Source: Methyloversatilis sp. (GTDB lineage Bacteria > Pseudomonadota > Gammaproteobacteria > Burkholderiales > Rhodocyclaceae). Taken from it: a stretch of 64,000 bases of DNA. The stretch is from positions 140,321 through 204,320 of the forward strand of contig NZ_JBHYCQ010000007.1 of NCBI RefSeq assembly GCF_051861465.1, written 5' to 3'. The notes under the pieces were generated by a model, which saw nothing but the letters and a program-made list of their open reading frames with translations, was not told where the DNA came from and searched no databases. The position numbers were made by a program, and so were the translations under genes. This document shows positions 34,716 to 43,109 of this stretch, in pieces (position 1 is the stretch's first letter; the number at the start of each line of letters is the position of its first letter).

Positions 34716-36491
34716 TCAACCCCGGCCGAGCCACTGTTTCAACAAGGCCTTGGCCGGGGCGCTGACGCGGGGGGCGATGGCGATCTTCGCCTGATCGGCA
34801 GGGGCGGCGTCCAGGCGGACGCGGAATTTCATCAGTTCGTCGCGGCGGAAAGCGTTGATCTTGACCTCGTCGCCCGGCTGGCGGCGCTTGAGCAGGGCGT
34901 CGAGCGAACTGGCGGTGATGCGCAGGTTGTCGAGCGCGACGAGCACGTCGCCGGCTGACAAACCGGCGCGCTGGGCGGCGCCATGGTCGAGCACCTGGGT
35001 AAGCTTCACGGTGTCGCCTTCGTTGGCGGTCTTCGCGCCCAGCACCGGCGTGCTGCCAGCGGCCTCATAGCCGAGCTCGACGCCGACCGCGCGCAGCAGG
35101 TCGTCCAACGGCAGGTCTTCGGTGCCTTCGGTCGCCTCGGCGAAGAACTTCTTCAGCTTCAGCCCGCTGACCGCTTCGGCGGCGCGGCGCACGCCGTCTT
35201 CCGGCACGCCGATACCGGCCTGGCCGTGTTCGAGCCACAGGCGGCGCATCACGTCGTCGAGCGATACGGCGCCGCGCGTCTTGCTGCGCAGCGTGAGATC
35301 GAGCGCCAGCGCGACCAGCGCGCCCTTGGTGTAGTAGCTGACGATGGCATTCGGCGCGTTCTCGTCCTGCCGGTAGTACTTCACCCAGGCGTCGAACGAC
35401 GAATCGGCGAGGCTCTGCTTGAGCCGGCCGCCGCCGCGCATCACCTGGGTGACCGTCTTGGCCAGCAGCTTGAAGTAGTCGTCCTGTGTGATGACGCCCG
35501 AGCGCACCAGCGCCAGATCGTCGTAGTACGAAGTGAAGCCTTCGAAGGCCCACAGCAGGCGCGTGTAGTTTTCGCGCGAGAGGTCATAGGGCTCGAACGC
35601 GGCCGGCTTGATGCGCTTGATGTTCCATGCGTGGAAATACTCGTGGCTGCACAGGCCGAGAAAGCCGCGATACGCGTCCGACATCGCGCTGGCGCCGGGC
35701 GCCGGCAGGTCGTTGCGCGAACACAGCAGCGCGGTGCTCGACCGGTGCTCCAGCCCGCCGTAGCCGTCGCCGACCGCCATGACCAGAAACACATAGCGCT
35801 CGAACGGCGCCGGCTCGCCGAACAGCCGGATCTGCCACTCGCAGATGCGGCGCAGGTCTTCGCACAGGCGCGCGGCGTCGATGTCGTGGTGGCCGGTGAT
35901 CGCCACCTCGTGCGGCACGCCGCAAGCCTTGAAGGTGTGCAGCGCGAAGCTGCCCATTTCGACCGGATGATCGATCAGCTCGTCGTAACTCGCCGCGCGG
36001 TACAGCCCAAAGCCATGCCGCCTGGCACCGGCGCGCCCACCCGCCTCGGGCAGCGTCGTCGCCACCCGCCATTCCTTGTAGGTGCGCCCGGCCGGCGGAC
36101 GGATGTCCACCTCGCATGGCTGCTGCTCGGCGCCCTGCACCATCAGGAACACGCTGGAGCCGTTGAAGAAGCCATGCGTGGTGTCGAGATGCGCAGCGCG
36201 CACCGAAAGATCCCACGCATACACCTCGTAGCGCACGCGCAGCACGCCTTCGCACGGCGCGGCTTGCCAGGTGTGCTTGTCGATCTTGGTCAGCGGCACC
36301 GCGCGAATGCCGTCGCGCGCCTCGATGCGCACGATGTGGCGCGCGAATTCGCGAATCATGTAACTGCCGGGAATCCAGGCCGGCAACGACAGCCGTTGGC
36401 CGTCGGGCGCCGGCCTGGCGATATCGATCTCGACCTCGAACAGGTGGGCTTCGGGATGGCTGGGCGTAATGCGGTAGCGGACGGCGCTCAT
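34716..36491 (-). CDS. M61 glycyl aminopeptidase family protein with a PDZ domain
   Basis: PAWIPGSY, GGLEH, SHEYFHAWN, LWAFEGFTSYY; C-terminal PDZ. Confidence 0.93.
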   Translation of the reverse strand: MSAVRYRITPSHPEAHLFEVEIDIARPAPDGQRLSLPAWIPGSYMIREFARHIVRIEARDGIRAVPLTKIDKHTWQAAPCEGVLRVRYEVYAWDLSVRAAHLDTTHGFFNGSSVFLMVQGAEQQPCEVDIRPPAGRTYKEWRVATTLPEAGGRAGARRHGFGLYRAASYDELIDHPVEMGSFALHTFKACGVPHEVAITGHHDIDAARLCEDLRRICEWQIRLFGEPAPFERYVFLVMAVGDGYGGLEHRSSTALLCSRNDLPAPGASAMSDAYRGFLGLCSHEYFHAWNIKRIKPAAFEPYDLSRENYTRLLWAFEGFTSYYDDLALVRSGVITQDDYFKLLAKTVTQVMRGGGRLKQSLADSSFDAWVKYYRQDENAPNAIVSYYTKGALVALALDLTLRSKTRGAVSLDDVMRRLWLEHGQAGIGVPEDGVRRAAEAVSGLKLKKFFAEATEGTEDLPLDDLLRAVGVELGYEAAGSTPVLGAKTANEGDTVKLTQVLDHGAAQRAGLSAGDVLVALDNLRITASSLDALLKRRQPGDEVKINAFRRDELMKFRVRLDAAPADQAKIAIAPRVSAPAKALLKQWLGRG

Positions 36492-36709
36492 GTCGGATGG
36501 CTGACGTGGAAACAGCTGCGATTTGACCACAGCGCCGGCCTGTCGCGTCACCGCAGCGCAGCGAATCCGATTCAACCCCGGTGCGGACCAGGTCCGCATC
36601 GTCCTACACGGGGTGTCGGCTGCACCGACATTCAACGCCGCGCACCCCGCTTACAGTGACACCACGGTTGAAGCACACGCCACCCCGATTCACTGCAAGG
36701 AGACTGTTC

Positions 36710-37225
36710 ATGAACAACGCTATCGATCAACTGCCCGAACACCCGCAACGCCGCACCCTGATGACGCCGGCCTTCCGCCTCGCCACCGCCGCCGCCCTCG
36801 CGCTGACGCTCGCCGCCTGCGGTCAGCCCGAACAGGACGCGACCATCGGCCAGAAGCTCGACACCGCCATTGCCGCCACCGAAAAGAAGGCCGACGAACT
36901 GGGCGAACGCGCCGAAGCCACCGCCGACCGGGCGCAGGCCAATGCCGCAGAAGCGACGCGCGACGCACGCGTATCAGCCGGTGAAACCACTGCCCAGATG
37001 GGCGACTTCATCGACGACGCCGCCATCACGGCCGCCGTGTCGGCCCGCCTCGCCGGCGACCCGGACCTGAGCGCCATCAAGATCGACGTCGACACCCGCG
37101 ACGGCAAGGTCACGCTGAGCGGCCCCGCACCGACCGAAGCCGCCCGCGCCCGCGCCGCCGAACTGGCCATTTCGGTCAAGGGCGTACAGGGCATCGACAA
37201 CCAGCTGGTCGTGACCGCCGGCTGA
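36710..37225 (+). CDS. BON-domain lipoprotein
   Basis: Lipobox LAAC; DDAAITAAV...IDVDTRDGKVTLSG. Confidence 0.9.
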   Translation: MNNAIDQLPEHPQRRTLMTPAFRLATAAALALTLAACGQPEQDATIGQKLDTAIAATEKKADELGERAEATADRAQANAAEATRDARVSAGETTAQMGDFIDDAAITAAVSARLAGDPDLSAIKIDVDTRDGKVTLSGPAPTEAARARAAELAISVKGVQGIDNQLVVTAG

Positions 37226-37325
37226 CACCGCGACAGATCGCCAGTCGTGCGCAGACCCGGCGGCACCGCCCCGGTCGCGGCCGAAACGACGTCCTGACCC
37301 ACTTTCTTTCTCGAGGAGAGATGAC

Positions 37326-38012
37326 ATGCCGAACTTTCAGTCCCGCGGCCAGGCGGCCGCCACTCGAATCCGCACATCGCGTTTGCCGATCGCGCGCGGA
37401 GCCGGCGCCGTGCTGTTGGGTCTGATGCTCAGCGCCTGCGGACCGAAGGAAGAGGCAGTCACCCTCAGCGAACCCACGGTCGACAAGGAACTGGCGATCG
37501 TGCTGAATCAGACCGAACAGGTCGCTGAAGACATCAAGGCACAAGCCGGACGCGTTGCATACGAAGCCGACATCGACGCCGCGGCCGAACGCCGCGCCGC
37601 CATCCGGCGCGATGCGCAACTTGCCCGCGCCGACGCCGCGCGCGAAGCGGCAGAGGGCGACTCGTCGCCTCAGTCGCAGCCAGACTCGTCGCCTGAATTG
37701 CCGCCCGGCTCGTCGCCCGACCCGCAATCGGTCCCGATGGCCGCCAACGACCTGCCGCCCACCGCCGCAGGACAACCCGCCGACACCACCCCGCCCGTCG
37801 ACGACGCCATCATCACCGCCCGCATCGAAGCATTGATCGAGAAGGACGCCGAACTGGCTGCACTCGACATCGACGTCGCCACCCTGGACGGCAAGGTCAT
37901 CCTCAGCGGCACCGCCCCCTCCGAAGCCCTGCGCGCCCGCGCCGCCGAACTGGCCGTGACGATAGACGGGGTGATCGGAATCCTGAATCAGGTCATCGTG
38001 AAACCGGCCTGA
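37326..38012 (+). CDS. Second BON-domain lipoprotein (paralog)
   Basis: Lipobox LSAC; DDAIITARI...IDVATLDGKVILSG. Confidence 0.88.
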   Translation: MPNFQSRGQAAATRIRTSRLPIARGAGAVLLGLMLSACGPKEEAVTLSEPTVDKELAIVLNQTEQVAEDIKAQAGRVAYEADIDAAAERRAAIRRDAQLARADAAREAAEGDSSPQSQPDSSPELPPGSSPDPQSVPMAANDLPPTAAGQPADTTPPVDDAIITARIEALIEKDAELAALDIDVATLDGKVILSGTAPSEALRARAAELAVTIDGVIGILNQVIVKPA

Positions 38013-38067
38013 CCCAGGGCGGATGCGCTGAACGGCGCGATGACTCGATGACCAAGCGTTGAATGAA

Positions 38068-38091
38068 GGCCCGCCCAGAGCGGGCTTTTTC
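38068..38091 (+). terminator. Rho-independent terminator
   Basis: GCCCGC-CCAGA-GCGGGC followed by TTTTT. Confidence 0.75.
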
Positions 38092-38442
38092 GCGTTCAGG
38101 TGGCCGCGGCGCAGGGACACGAGGTATATGCATATGAATTTTCCGAGTGCTGCGCCATCCGTACGCCCGCTTGCAACAAAGACTTCACGTCACCAAAGTA
38201 GAGGACAGGGGCATGAACAGGTAAAGTTCGAAGGGGGTGCTGCGGGCCAAGGAACAGGGGGAGCTTTCTGACGCCGGATTTCATTCGGAAGTTATGCAGC
38301 GCAGCGCAGCACACGCAGTTGATGGCGAAAGGGAAACGAATAGATGCGTGACAGTGAAATGGGGATGGATCGACTGTACATCCGTCAAAACTGTTGCAGA
38401 GATCAAAGTTAGGCATCGCATTGCGCGTCTTTGGGGAATAGC

Positions 38443-38865
38443 TTGAAACCACACATCACACTCCTCACGCTCGGAGTTGATGACCTCGAACGTTCAGTAG
38501 CGTTCTACCAAGGAGGTCTAGGCTTCAATACAGAGGGAATCATAGGCGCAGAGTTTGAAAAAGGAGCAGTTGCCTTCTTCAATCTACAAGCCGGCCTGAA
38601 GTTGGCTCTTTGGCCTCGCAGCAGCATTGCCGCAGATACTGGCCTCACAAGGAACCCGCCCTCCTCTACAGATTTCACCATTGGCCACAACGTAGGTTCG
38701 CAAGTCGAAGTAGATGAAGTCATGGACCAAGCCACCAAAGCTGGAGCCGCGATCGTCAAACCAGCCCAAGCCACGTTCTACGGTGGCTATGCCGGCTACT
38801 TCAAAGACCCGGACGGTCATATTTGGGAAGTCGTCTTCAATCCAACCATTTCCTCGCTGGGCTAG
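38443..38865 (+). CDS. VOC/glyoxalase family protein (low GC)
   Basis: ITLLTLGVDDLERSVAFY...FYGGYAGYFKDPDGHIWEV; TTG start after GGGA; GTTAGGC at 38408-38414. Confidence 0.9.
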   Translation: MKPHITLLTLGVDDLERSVAFYQGGLGFNTEGIIGAEFEKGAVAFFNLQAGLKLALWPRSSIAADTGLTRNPPSSTDFTIGHNVGSQVEVDEVMDQATKAGAAIVKPAQATFYGGYAGYFKDPDGHIWEVVFNPTISSLG

Positions 38866-38899
38866 GGTCCGCAATGCATTCCTGCGAGACAGCGACGCC

Positions 38900-39316
38900 C
38901 AACATATGACAAGGCATTCAGTTCTTGACTCCACGTTGCATCGTCCGTCGATCACCTCGAGATTGTTCAGGCATTAGTGAATCTTGGCGCAAGCATTGAC
39001 CATAGAAGCGGTACTTTTGGCGGAGCGTCCATTAACGACGCTTCGTCCAGAGGCCATCTCCAAATTGTTGAATATCTTTTGAGCCGGGGCGCCGAGCTTG
39101 CTTGACGTTAGCGAACCAGAAAGAAAACCACTGTTTGCAGCCGTCTATGGCGGGCATCTTGAGATAGTTGAGTGCCTTCTTCACTCCGGCATCGATCACA
39201 AAATCAAATACACCGGCAAGACCATGGAAAATACGGGGGCGCGCGAGTTTGCGCTGGAGCGAGGCCAACGAGACATCGCTACGATTCGTGAAAAATGGGA
39301 GAAAGAAAATGCATAG
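38900..39316 (+). pseudogene. Ankyrin-repeat protein pseudogene
   Basis: LHVASSVDHLEIVQALVNLGA...RGHLQIVEYLLSRGAEL, continuing in another frame LDVSEPERKPLFAAVYGGHLEIV; TGA at 38926-28; GCTT duplication at 39096-39103. Confidence 0.85.
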
Positions 39317-39326
39317 CCTAAAGGAG

Positions 39327-39405
39327 CCCTATCCGGCGCTCAGGCTCGCTCCCTTCGGTCGCTGAACGCTGCGCGATAAAGCACCGCGCAGGATCCTTTG
39401 ATCAG
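39327..39405 (+). mobile_element. Degenerate integron attC-like site
   Basis: GCCCTATCCGGCGCTCAGGCTCGCTCCCTTCGGTCGCTGAACGCTGCGCGATAAAGCACCGCGCAG, 10 bp after a gene stop; the right-hand boxes are lost. Confidence 0.6.
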
Positions 39406-39471
39406 TGCGACAAAAGCAAAGCCGAGATCGCCTGAATGGAACTCCCACCTCAAACCCATGAAGGAAACTGG

Positions 39472-40095
39472 ATGCATTGGAAAAGACTTCGTACAGCGGC
39501 AATTCTCGCCGCGTGCTCAGCAGGGCTCATTGCATGCACCACAAAAAATCCTGTCAAGACAACTGATTATGGAACCGCGGGGATTGGCTCCATCAATGTC
39601 GATCAGAGACGTGCCTTCCTCAATTGCCACCTGGCAGGCGATTCGGCGACAAAGATCGTGGAGTTGCGTGCCGAAGGCAAAAGCGACGAGCAAATCATAA
39701 AGCACTACACAGCGATCAGCGACACGGGTTGGCTTCGGTTGATTTACGATCTGCTGCCGATTGTCGCCGAGGATAATCCACAAGCAGGTAATCGAATCGA
39801 GTATGGACGTGAGTTGTATGGCAGATGTCTGGGCGATCAGTTCGAACCCGAGGCAGCGCACATCGCAACCCTTTGTTACCAGCAGAGCCAGTTTTTGCTG
39901 ATCGCTTTCAGTTATCGGGACTCTGGCGAGCCAATGGAATCCGTTTATACAAAGATGGGGGCTAGTGGGAGAGCAAAATTGATTACCGACGGATTGCTGT
40001 TGCGTGCAAAAGAGGTCAGCAAACTACAGGAATCCAAGTTTCGGCTGGAGACGTATTACGGATGCCTGGGACATCCAGACAAGACGCCAATTTAG
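39472..40095 (+). CDS. Low-GC hypothetical lipoprotein with an internal duplication
   Basis: GAAGGA RBS; lipobox LIAC; two Cys-bounded helical halves. Confidence 0.75.
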   Translation: MHWKRLRTAAILAACSAGLIACTTKNPVKTTDYGTAGIGSINVDQRRAFLNCHLAGDSATKIVELRAEGKSDEQIIKHYTAISDTGWLRLIYDLLPIVAEDNPQAGNRIEYGRELYGRCLGDQFEPEAAHIATLCYQQSQFLLIAFSYRDSGEPMESVYTKMGASGRAKLITDGLLLRAKEVSKLQESKFRLETYYGCLGHPDKTPI

Positions 40096-40289
40096 AGAGG
40101 ATGGTTATAAATCATGGTCTTGTTGTTTGTTCTTTGAGCTCTAAATCCATTACCGAAAAAATTGGGCACGTGCCGATTTTTTTTCAAGCACTTCCTTTCG
40201 ACCGGAAAGAGCAAAGGTAGGGAATAGACCACGGTTTCTACACTCCGAGCACGCCGTATCTATTCCCATCTCCTTCCTCCAGGCTATTG

Positions 40290-40487
40290 CTATTCGAGCG
40301 ACTTTTCCCCCGTCGGCACCGGAGCCGCTTCATCCGGCGCCTTCGGCGTGTCCGAGTTGTGATGCACCTTGTGCGTCTTTTTCCCCGGCTGCGGCGTCTT
40401 GTCGGCGTCGGGGGCGATGTCTTCGCCGTGTTTCTTCTTTTCCTGGCGCACCTTCTTGTCGTGCGCAATATCGCGTGGGTCTGTCAT
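40290..40487 (-). CDS. Small hydrophilic hypothetical protein (65 aa)
   Basis: MTDPRDIAHDKKVRQEKKK...; high-GC codon usage resumes here. Confidence 0.5.
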   Translation of the reverse strand: MTDPRDIAHDKKVRQEKKKHGEDIAPDADKTPQPGKKTHKVHHNSDTPKAPDEAAPVPTGEKSLE

Positions 40488-40794
40488 CGCCTGTTTCCTT
40501 CGCTGGTTGATGGGCTTCCTCACCGGCCACGCGTGCCATCCGTGCGGCACCGCCGGCTGTCGCACAACGAACACCGCCCGACCTGCGCCCACTGCACCGT
40601 GAGCTCACTGCCTGGCGGGCGGTTCATCGCGTCGATGAGGCGCTGTGTGGATGCTGGGCGCAGGCGGGCCGACTGTCTGTCGGCTGGCGCACAAGGGCGA
40701 TGGGTGGGCGGGCGATACCCCACTCGATGCAAAACGGGGCACCCCGGCCGTTGCCGGGGTGCCCCGCCAAGAGTGCGCGGCATGACGACGCCGC

Positions 40795-41691
40795 TTATCT
40801 GACCTTGGCACGCATCGCGTCTTCTTCCTTTTCGATCCACAGCTTGAGCGTTTCGACGTGCTCGGTTTCTTCGCGCACGAACTCCTTGGCGACCTTGCGG
40901 ATGTCCGGGTCTTCGGTGGTGTTCGCGACGGCGTCGTAGAACTCGAAGCCGCGACGTTCGCCCTGCAGTGCGGCCTTCAGTCCGTCCAGCCGCGTCAGTG
41001 CCGGGGCGCCGGCCCACAGCGCAGTCATTTCCGGCGACGAGTTGTCCGGCCAGGACGAACTGGCGGGCAGTTGCACGGCGACGTCGTAGCGGGCGCACTT
41101 GGCCTTGGCTTCTTCGAGATGCATGCGCGAGTACCTGGCCAGCTGGGTGAACAGCGAGGCGACATCGGCGTTGCCGCAGGCGGCCATCGATTCGGCGAGC
41201 GGGTCGTAATGCACCACCGCATCGTTTTCGACCTTCACCGAATAGCTCAGGAACTCGTCCAGCGAGCGGATCTGCACGCCGCCCTTGTAGATCGCGGCGG
41301 CAATCGAGAGCGCCAGGCCCTTGCCGGGGATCGTCGTATCTCCTTCAAACGACACAATGATGTCTTCGTTGCGGACGAAGCACTGGCAGGCCAGCCGATG
41401 CTGCGGCGGCATGTCGTTGACTTCGGCGTCCATGATTTCTTCCTTGCTGATCTTGCCCATCTGGCGCAGCACTTCCTTTTCCTTCTCGGTCAGCGCAACG
41501 CCATAGCGCACGCGCTTGTCGATGTGACTGACCTCGACGATGCAGGACGCGCAGTCGCCGTCCTGACGGTCGAACGGGATCGGGATCTTGTGCGATTTGG
41601 CGAAGGCGAGCAGCGTGCCGCGGTCGCCTGCGACGGCATAGACGGTGATGTCGCACGGCATGGCCGGCGAGGTAAATGTAACGTTTGCCAC
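40795..41691 (-). CDS. FeSII (Shethna II)-like [2Fe-2S] ferredoxin fused to a rubrerythrin/ferritin-like domain
   Basis: GTG start with AGGAG RBS; VAGDRGTLL..A....IPF..QDG.C.SC...LTEKE..VL...GK...D.PP..RLACQ; C-terminal E...ExxH four-helix bundle. Confidence 0.85.
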   Translation of the reverse strand: MANVTFTSPAMPCDITVYAVAGDRGTLLAFAKSHKIPIPFDRQDGDCASCIVEVSHIDKRVRYGVALTEKEKEVLRQMGKISKEEIMDAEVNDMPPQHRLACQCFVRNEDIIVSFEGDTTIPGKGLALSIAAAIYKGGVQIRSLDEFLSYSVKVENDAVVHYDPLAESMAACGNADVASLFTQLARYSRMHLEEAKAKCARYDVAVQLPASSSWPDNSSPEMTALWAGAPALTRLDGLKAALQGERRGFEFYDAVANTTEDPDIRKVAKEFVREETEHVETLKLWIEKEEDAMRAKVR

Positions 41692-41727
41692 GTGAGTACT
41701 CCTGTTTGAGGGGTGGAACCCTCGAAC

Positions 41728-41743
41728 CGCAGGAAGCGTGCCG
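41728..41743 (-). promoter_or_regulatory. sigma54 -24/-12 promoter
   Basis: Minus strand CGGCACG-CTTC-CTGCG, 37 bp upstream of the GTG. Confidence 0.65.
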
Positions 41744-41918
41744 CCGCCGGGCCGCGACGTTGGCGAGGATCAAGCGGACGGCATTCAGTTCGAACAGGAA
41801 TGGAGAGCGCGGCCGCAATCGCGGACTTCGCCGGTCTTGCTGCGGCGGGCGGGCTCGCCGCTGCGCCGTGTTCAATGCCGGGGCACGTCAGGCGTCGTAG
41901 CGGGCTCGCCCCGACCTT

Positions 41919-42560
41919 TCAGATCAGCGCCAGCTGTGCCGCCCCGCCGCGCGGCGCCGGCTCGGCGGACAGCCACTGAGCCGGGTACTGGCGCATCCAG
42001 CCGAGCGCGCGCTCGGGCGGCGTGGCGAGCCAGTCGGCGTAGTCGTCGGGATCGAGGATGACGACCATGCGTTTCTCGTCTTCGGGCTTGTGCATGTGCT
42101 GCATGATGGGGTGACCGGCGGCGCTGATCGTCAGCATCGAAAACGAGTACTGCACGCCGTCGCCGATCGGTCGCGATTCCCACAGCCCGGCGATGCCGAG
42201 CGGCGCGCCGTCGCGGTGAGTGATGCGCCAGCGTACCGCGCGACCACTGTCGTAACAGGGCTCGAAGATGCCGTCGGCCAGGATGATGCAGAACTGCCCC
42301 TGCTTCCAGGCGTTGCGAAAACTCGGCTTCGTCGCCGCCGTTTCGCTGCGCGCGTTGTAGGTGCTGCGTACCAGCTCGGGCCTGGCCCAGTGCGGCAGCA
42401 GGCCGAAGGTGGCGAGCACACCGTCGTCGCGCGGCTCGTTGGTGCGGATCGGCGCAACATGACCCGGAAAGGCTTCGGGCTTGAATTCGCCCGGCGGGTA
42501 GACGGCCTTGATGGCACGGTCCCAGGCGGCTTGTCGGGCGGGGGTGAAGTTTGCACACAT
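41919..42560 (-). CDS. SOS response-associated peptidase (SRAP/YedK/HMCES family)
   Basis: Cys2 (MCANF), TYNARSET, FEP, AGLWE, H..M.H.HKP.DEKRMVVIL. Confidence 0.93.
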   Translation of the reverse strand: MCANFTPARQAAWDRAIKAVYPPGEFKPEAFPGHVAPIRTNEPRDDGVLATFGLLPHWARPELVRSTYNARSETAATKPSFRNAWKQGQFCIILADGIFEPCYDSGRAVRWRITHRDGAPLGIAGLWESRPIGDGVQYSFSMLTISAAGHPIMQHMHKPEDEKRMVVILDPDDYADWLATPPERALGWMRQYPAQWLSAEPAPRGGAAQLALI

Positions 42561-42888
42561 GGCTTGCGCCCGCTACGCCTTCGGCACGGCCGGCTCGGGC
42601 TCTTCGGGCCTGAACCTGATTTCACACCGCTCGCGAATGCCCTGCATCGTTCCGCCTTCCCCGTCCATGATCATCGTCGCGCATCTTTACAGGCAACGCG
42701 TCACATACAGTCTGCCCTTCAGGCTCGGGTGACCCGATATCGCCGCCGACAATCAAGCAGCGCGCGTGACCCACGCATCTGACAGGCCGGCGACCTTTGT
42801 GTGCGTGCAGGGTATGCGTTTCCAATCCGAGCCAATCTGGATCAAGCGACACATCGCGTCGCCGCGGACGAAAGACTGACCTCAGCCC

Positions 42889-43086
42889 TCAGCGCGCCGC
42901 CCGAAACCCTGAGCATCGATGCCGAACCAGGACAGGCGTCCATTCGTCCACGATGCAGTCGTCGTCCTGCCGGTCGCTGGTTTGCCGGTGATGGCGCGGG
43001 CAGGGCAGCGCGGCCGGATTGAGCACGGAAAAGTGCTTGCCTTCCGGCCACCGGACCGGCTGCGCCTGAGGCGCCCGGGTGACCTT
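42889..43086 (-). pseudogene. Decayed copy of the 3' end of the RES toxin gene
   Basis: VRWPEGKHFSVLNPAALPCPRHHRQ..DDCIV..TP aligns with [35 protein letters not shown] (45529-45730). Confidence 0.8.
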
Positions 43087-43109
43087 AGCGGTGCAGCACC
43101 GCCCGCCCG

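Noticed and set aside
42675-42691. Third copy of the PEP-CTERM enhancer (CGTCGC-GCAT-CTTTACA)
   Set aside because: No properly spaced GG-N10-GC and no PEP-CTERM gene nearby; may be chance or a relic.
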